Origin: Chthonomonas sp.
GTDB lineage: Bacteria > Armatimonadota > Fimbriimonadia > Fimbriimonadales > Fimbriimonadaceae
Direction of reading: 5' to 3'
DNA length: 64,000 nucleotides
Assembly: GCA_016788585.1 (NCBI GenBank)
Contig: JAEURP010000007.1
Coordinates: 1 to 64,000, forward strand
How positions within the stretch are numbered: the stretch's first letter is position 1; each line of letters opens with the position of its first letter. Of the stretch, positions 59,176-64,000 are shown piece after piece. The position numbers were made by a program, and so were the translations under genes. The notes under the pieces were generated by a model. The model did not search any database and was not told where the DNA came from. It worked only from the letters and a program-made list of their open reading frames with translations.

Positions 59176-61755
59176 TTACCTCAACTTGTCCCAATTGGCC
59201 GCTGCGTTGAAGACCATTGGCCAAGACCCGTTCGTATGCTGACGCCACATGGGGTTGATCGCGAAGAGCAACACATTGCCCTTGCCAACTGGGCATTGAA
59301 TCACCGCCGCCCTGCCCGCAAGTTCCTCGCCTTGGGCGAGAGAGCCACTGACGAGTAGCCTGTTGATCGCCGCAAATCGCAACAGGGTTTGCGGTCTCGG
59401 ACCTTGGGGCTGTGGGGACGGGGGTTGCGCATCGCCCGGCTGAGACCGAGCTTGATGTGGCGCGCGCCCTTGAACCACGTCTGGATCATTTTCGTCGCCT
59501 CGGCCCGTTACTCGACCGCTCGTGCCGCCTCCTCGACCGCCGAACCCACCGCCTCCTACCGAGAGCAATGGTGTCTGCGAGAAGTACACGCCTACGGTGT
59601 CGTCGTAGGTAGCCATGATCGGATTGTCCTTCGCCGTGTTCTCGGCAAAGAAGACCCCGCCCGGCGCGAAGAGCTCGTTCGGCTCAGTCATCGAGACCCC
59701 GCTTACCAGGCCGTATTGGATTGGCACAGCGCAGGTGTCGGCCATGCAGATGAACAACCCCCCTTCATTCACAAACTTCTGCAGGTTAACCATGCCTTCA
59801 AGCTCGATCCCACCGCGAATGTTGTCGGTGGCCGTCTTCACGCCCTGCACGGTTGGCCCGCCCAAGTGAGGGAAGCCTTCAAGCGGCTTCCAAGGAATAG
59901 GTTCGCCGACGCTGGAAACGCCATTCACAATTGACTGCGCCGAGCCGCCGGTCGGCGACAAGATGATCACGTCGAACTTGCTCTTCAGATTAGCCGTGTC
60001 TCGCAGATCGTGCGTCGAGAGATACGTGTAGGGCACGCCCGCCGCCTCGAACGCCATGCGTACCCAGCCTTCGTCTTGTGTGCTCTGCCAGGTATGAACC
60101 AGCGCTATGCGTCCGTACTTCTTGGCTGGGAGAGGTTTCGGATCGGCCCACTTGGCGGGTACTGGCTTCTCCGTCTTACTCAATATTGTGGAGTCCTTCA
60201 CCCGCGTCACGTCCACATCGAAGAGGGGCCCGAGCGACCAGCCTGTGTCGTCGTACGGACTTGGGTCATCGGCGCGGTAGTACTGCTTGTCCAGCAACAT
60301 GTCGGCCATGCGGCAGTAGGGCTGATCCATCCGCACGACAAACGAGCCCTTGGCCAAAGTCTGCTCGCCGACTTTGAAATCTTCATTCAAGGTCGTGACT
60401 TCGACGCCCTGTCGGTTCAGAAGGGACCGAAGCTCACCCAAGTTCCATTCTCGACCCTTCTTCGGCGAAAGCACATAAGCTGCCGGCCCTTCGTTTTGCG
60501 GCTTCATGACGCTGCGCTTCGACTTGAGATAGTAATTCCAAAGGTACTTCTCGCCATTCGCCGCTAGGTTATGCATGCCGAGCAAGACGCCCGACTGCAT
60601 GAGATTCGTGTTGTTGCGCAGACTCCACCGCACGCTGCTGAGCGGTGGATTCGGCCGGAACCAAGCGCGCTGCGCCTGCTGGCCAACTTGAATCACTCGC
60701 GTATCGGCCCCGTTGCCGCCTTGGGTCTCATAAAACCGACCGATTGCGTTATGCCCATTTGCGATGTAGAAAGCGTAGTTCGGCGCCCAGCCATCGTAGA
60801 ATCCGTGCGTCCAAACTCCGGGTACGCCACGCTTGGTCATTTCGTTCACTTCGTTGTAGGCCATGAGGTGCCATTCGTCGATCGTGATTGGGTCGAGCCA
60901 CGCATTGTAAGGCCCTGTTCCGGTGCTGATGTAGAGGAAGGGAACCGACTCGTGGAGGTCGTGAAGAACCGTCGGGTGATACTGCAGCCAAGTCTGCATG
61001 AGGTTCTTGCTGAGGGCGAGCCCCATGCCGATGTTATCGCGATTGTTGTCGTGCGCCACGTATTGACCCCAGTAGAGCAGGGGAATTGCGGGCTTGGTCG
61101 GGTTCTTTTTGCGATAGAGGTAAGTGTCCACGTACCGGTCGCGGCCATCGGGGTCGAGCACCGGCGTTAGAATGACCACCGAGTTCTTGCGAATGTCCTG
61201 GATCATCGGCGTCTCGCTAACGGCGAGGCGATAAGCCAGCTCCAACAGCATCTCCGGTGGCCCCGCTTCTGGCGAGTGCATGCCGCCGGTAGCGTAATAG
61301 ATGGGCATGGCGTCTTTCGCGATCTGAGCCTTGGCCGCCTCATCCCACTTGCCCTGCTCGCCTAGGAGCCTAGGATCACCGATCATCGCGTTGGCCGCGG
61401 AAATCTTGTCGAGGCGCCTAAGATTCGCCTCATCGCTGATGATCACGGCGATCATCTCGCGCCCATCTTCGCTTCGTCCCATGCTCTGGACGGTCACGCG
61501 GTTAGATGCCTTGTCGAGAAGCCGCATGTAAGAATTGATCTCGTCAACGTGGTGCAGATGATTCGGCGCACCGATGATGTCGCCGAAGAACTTCATCGGA
61601 CTCGGTACCGTCCTGCTCGCCGGCAGGTGGTCCACCATCTCGGTCAAAAAGAACGGCTCGGTCGTGTACTGCTTGATCTTGGCCCCGTAGGCTTCGTCAT
61701 TCTGGGCCCAGGCTAGGGAGGAGAAGAGGAGAGCAATGAAGGCGACACGACGCAT
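59176..61755 (-). CDS. Secreted M14 family zinc carboxypeptidase-like protein with Gly/Pro-rich C-terminal region
   Basis: Signal peptide MRRVAFIALLFSSLAWAQ; HSPE (HxxE) zinc motif in N-terminal third; 859 aa. Confidence 0.6.
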   Translation of the reverse strand: MRRVAFIALLFSSLAWAQNDEAYGAKIKQYTTEPFFLTEMVDHLPASRTVPSPMKFFGDIIGAPNHLHHVDEINSYMRLLDKASNRVTVQSMGRSEDGREMIAVIISDEANLRRLDKISAANAMIGDPRLLGEQGKWDEAAKAQIAKDAMPIYYATGGMHSPEAGPPEMLLELAYRLAVSETPMIQDIRKNSVVILTPVLDPDGRDRYVDTYLYRKKNPTKPAIPLLYWGQYVAHDNNRDNIGMGLALSKNLMQTWLQYHPTVLHDLHESVPFLYISTGTGPYNAWLDPITIDEWHLMAYNEVNEMTKRGVPGVWTHGFYDGWAPNYAFYIANGHNAIGRFYETQGGNGADTRVIQVGQQAQRAWFRPNPPLSSVRWSLRNNTNLMQSGVLLGMHNLAANGEKYLWNYYLKSKRSVMKPQNEGPAAYVLSPKKGREWNLGELRSLLNRQGVEVTTLNEDFKVGEQTLAKGSFVVRMDQPYCRMADMLLDKQYYRADDPSPYDDTGWSLGPLFDVDVTRVKDSTILSKTEKPVPAKWADPKPLPAKKYGRIALVHTWQSTQDEGWVRMAFEAAGVPYTYLSTHDLRDTANLKSKFDVIILSPTGGSAQSIVNGVSSVGEPIPWKPLEGFPHLGGPTVQGVKTATDNIRGGIELEGMVNLQKFVNEGGLFICMADTCAVPIQYGLVSGVSMTEPNELFAPGGVFFAENTAKDNPIMATYDDTVGVYFSQTPLLSVGGGGFGGRGGGTSGRVTGRGDENDPDVVQGRAPHQARSQPGDAQPPSPQPQGPRPQTLLRFAAINRLLVSGSLAQGEELAGRAAVIQCPVGKGNVLLFAINPMWRQHTNGSWPMVFNAAANWDKLR

Positions 61756-61845
61756 GAGCTAGTTTCGCATAAAAATTCTGGAGTGCGGCGAGCAATCGCC
61801 GCTATTATCAGTGAAGGAAAAGCCGAGCCGGGCCAAGCCTAACGG

Positions 61846-62526
61846 CTATCCTAGGCGGTAGCCAACGCCGGTCTCGGTGCGTATTAGTCTCCCATGATTG
61901 GCAAGCAGCTTCTGACGAAGAGCTCCCATGTGCACGCGCAGCGTATGCGTAGATTCTAGATAGCCAGGTCCCCAGACTTCTGAAAGCAGGAAGCGGTGTG
62001 TCAGTACTTTGCCCGAATGTCGGGCCAAAACAGCGAGCAACTTATACTCGGTGGGGGTCAAACGCACTTCCTCATCGCCACATTCAACCCGCCGCGCCGA
62101 GAAGTCAATTCTAAGACCGTCGAGCTCGAAAGTCGCTTCATTCTCTATTGAAGTGTCTTTTGCATGGCGAAGTGCCACTCGAACTCTCGCCATGAGCTCC
62201 GGCACTGAAAATGGCTTCGTCACATAGTCATCGGCCCCCGCATCGAGCGCGAGAACCTTTTCATGCTCTTGCCCTCGGGCCGTAAGAATGATGATCGGTA
62301 CGGTAGTCCAGTCGCGTAGGCTGCGCAGTACCTCTAATCCGTCCTCATCAGGCAATCCCAGATCCAGCAGGACGACGTCCGGATTGACTCGCGCAATCTG
62401 ACGTTTTCCCTCCGCGGCGGAATCCGCTTCGATCCATTCGACATCCTCTGGCTCAATGCTCGCACGAAGAAATCGTCGGATCGGGGCTTCGTCATCAATA
62501 ATGACAATCCGTATGGGTTCAGCCAC
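61846..62526 (-). CDS. kdpE: OmpR-family response regulator, KdpE-like
   Basis: REC domain (IVIIDDE...D..LPD..G) + winged-helix C-terminus; overlaps upstream kinase gene by 8 nt. Confidence 0.85.
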   Translation of the reverse strand: MAEPIRIVIIDDEAPIRRFLRASIEPEDVEWIEADSAAEGKRQIARVNPDVVLLDLGLPDEDGLEVLRSLRDWTTVPIIILTARGQEHEKVLALDAGADDYVTKPFSVPELMARVRVALRHAKDTSIENEATFELDGLRIDFSARRVECGDEEVRLTPTEYKLLAVLARHSGKVLTHRFLLSEVWGPGYLESTHTLRVHMGALRQKLLANHGRLIRTETGVGYRLG

Positions 62527-63538
62527 GATCAGCCTCTTGGCTCAAAGGCAACCTCAGTGTCACTTGGGCGCCCTTGCCAGACAGATTGCCCGCCCCCATC
62601 GTGCCGCCATGCGATTCAACCACAGCTCTGCAAATGGCCAAGCCAAGTCCGGAGCCCTTTGGAGCTCTCCCTTTTGAAAAGCCAAGGCCGTCATCCTTGA
62701 CCATCAACTCTACGCAGTTTCCAGCTTGATTCGCTTGGACGTGCACAAGTGAGGCGGGACCGGCATGCCGAGCTGCATTCTCCAGCATGTTGATGAGCGC
62801 CTTCTCGACCAAAATGCCATCGGCAAAAAGCAGCGGCAATTCGGGTTCGATTTCTACCTTAACCGGTTCCTTGAAAAGCCCATCTGTTCGCTCAATAGCT
62901 GACTCTACCAAGTCTGAGACCGAGTGCCAATCCTTGAACAACTTGACCTTGCCGTCTTCAAACCGGCTCATGTCCAGGAGATTGCGTACTTGGCGTCCCA
63001 TTCGTTGTGACTCCTCCAAAATGGTCTCGGCCAAGACCTTAACGCGATCAGAGATATCTGGTTGCTGGATTAAGCCACTCGCAGCACCTTCGATACTAGC
63101 CAGGGGAGTTCTTAAGTCGTGAGAGACACTACTCAGCAGATCGCCCCGAATCTGCTCGGACCGGACGGCAACCGCGGCCGCTTGACGTGCGGCAACCTGC
63201 TCTCGCAACTGGATCGTGAGGCTACTAATAAGTAGACCAACGATTAGCATAACGCCAAACGTTACAAGGTACTGAACATCGTGCACCATCAAGCTGCCAG
63301 ACGGAGGCACAATGCTGATGTCAAAGGCCAATACCGCCAAGATCGAAGCGGCGGTTGCTGCTCGTGGTGTCGTCCGGCTCGCCACGTAGGTCACGCCGAG
63401 CAGATAGATCATCGCCACATTTGCATGATCCCAGGTTGATACGGTCAGTACACCGATCAATGTTGAGCACAGGGTCACCACCACCGCTAGGCCCATTCCG
63501 GCCCAGTCGGAGAGTGGTTGATCAGAGAACCTCAACAT
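62519..63538 (-). CDS. kdpD: KdpD-like sensor histidine kinase, C-terminal part (4-TM domain + HisKA + HATPase)
   Basis: ANVAMIYLLGV...FDISIVPPSGSLMVHDVQYLVTFGVML matches KdpD TM region; SHDLRTPL H-box; HATPase GLGLAICRAVVESHGG. Confidence 0.8.
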   Translation of the reverse strand: MLRFSDQPLSDWAGMGLAVVVTLCSTLIGVLTVSTWDHANVAMIYLLGVTYVASRTTPRAATAASILAVLAFDISIVPPSGSLMVHDVQYLVTFGVMLIVGLLISSLTIQLREQVAARQAAAVAVRSEQIRGDLLSSVSHDLRTPLASIEGAASGLIQQPDISDRVKVLAETILEESQRMGRQVRNLLDMSRFEDGKVKLFKDWHSVSDLVESAIERTDGLFKEPVKVEIEPELPLLFADGILVEKALINMLENAARHAGPASLVHVQANQAGNCVELMVKDDGLGFSKGRAPKGSGLGLAICRAVVESHGGTMGAGNLSGKGAQVTLRLPLSQEADRG

Positions 63539-63541
63539 GAA

Positions 63542-64000
63542 TCAATTGAGAAAGTACCGCACATTTGATACGATTACATTCTTTCGTCGGCCCAATGCTC
63601 GCTTCAACTGCTGGGCCACGTTCTCCTGAAGGAATCGGTGAAACCATTTAGTCGCGACAGCCTCCGCAACGATCACTGTGACAAGGCGATCCGGGTCTTC
63701 CTCCAGCATTTGATCCACGTAGTCGAGAATCGGGCTCAGGAGTGACCTGTACGGTGATTCGATGACGACAAGCGGCAAGCTCCCTGCGTACTTCTCCCAA
63801 TCATTGCGAATCTCCGGCACCGCATCGCGGTCCAGCGTCACGTGGAGACCACGCACATCACCGTGAAGGGAAGCCGCATAGTTGAGCGCGCTCAATACGC
63901 CACGGTGAACGCGGGGGACGAGAAGAATGACACTTTGTTCTCGAGCCTGCAGCGTAGCAGTCTCAGCGGGCCGCAGTTGCTCTGCAATTGCCTCGTACCG
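63542..64000 (-). CDS. kdpD: KdpD N-terminal part (Usp-like region), partial at window edge; separated from the kinase part by one in-frame TGA
   Basis: Open frame runs from window edge to TGA at 63542-63544; next in-frame codons are TTC then ATG 63538 starting the kinase ORF. Confidence 0.55.
   Translation of the reverse strand, partial: RYEAIAEQLRPAETATLQAREQSVILLVPRVHRGVLSALNYAASLHGDVRGLHVTLDRDAVPEIRNDWEKYAGSLPLVVIESPYRSLLSPILDYVDQMLEEDPDRLVTVIVAEAVATKWFHRFLQENVAQQLKRALGRRKNVIVSNVRYFLN

Noticed and set aside
58739-59296. 185-aa DinB-like ORF starting at 59296
   Set aside because: It would overlap the 3' end of the M14 peptidase gene by 120 nt. An internal GTG just below that gene's stop gives a family-typical ~143-aa protein.

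Overview
This is a high-GC (~58-60%) bacterial chromosomal window. Gene content suggests a Planctomycetes/Verrucomicrobia/Armatimonadetes-like organism: a DUF1559 H-X9-DG prepilin-like protein, PEP-CTERM proteins, and dockerin-tagged secreted proteins. No taxon assignment is claimed. Most of the window is dense housekeeping coding sequence: glgP, a flotillin/NfeD operon, gcvT, relA/spoT, dtd, gatB, nhaA, pyrH-frr-uppS, nusA-ylxR-infB, groES-groEL, lnt, kdpE/kdpD, folB, a C-terminal-only metH, tRNA-Met(CAT) and fliC. Accessory islands are interspersed: (1) an orphan Mu/HK97-like phage head-morphogenesis module at 22.3-25.5 kb (prohead protease, Mu-gpT-like major capsid protein, connector-like small proteins) with no portal, terminase or tail genes, sitting between nhaA and a lone GspE-family ATPase; (2) four secreted paralogues (27.3-31.4 kb and 42.8-44.0 kb) sharing a conserved ~70-aa C-terminal cassette ending in a tandem dockerin-type Ca-binding repeat, three of them in tandem and apparently co-transcribed with a half-size TauE protein and the GspE-like ATPase, next to a sigma-28-driven flagellin; (3) two PEP-CTERM proteins; (4) heptanucleotide tandem-repeat arrays at several intergenic sites (1-137, 591-625, 47671-47747, 58053-58152), plus GT-rich repeat elements inside the pyrH-frr-uppS operon. 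Other points: kdpD is interrupted by a single in-frame TGA, there is a PilZ-NfeD-flotillin operon, a terminator-like hairpin lies in the nusA leader, and a degenerate CIRCE sits at groES. Homology calls are made by eye from the translations and conserved motifs. No database search was run.
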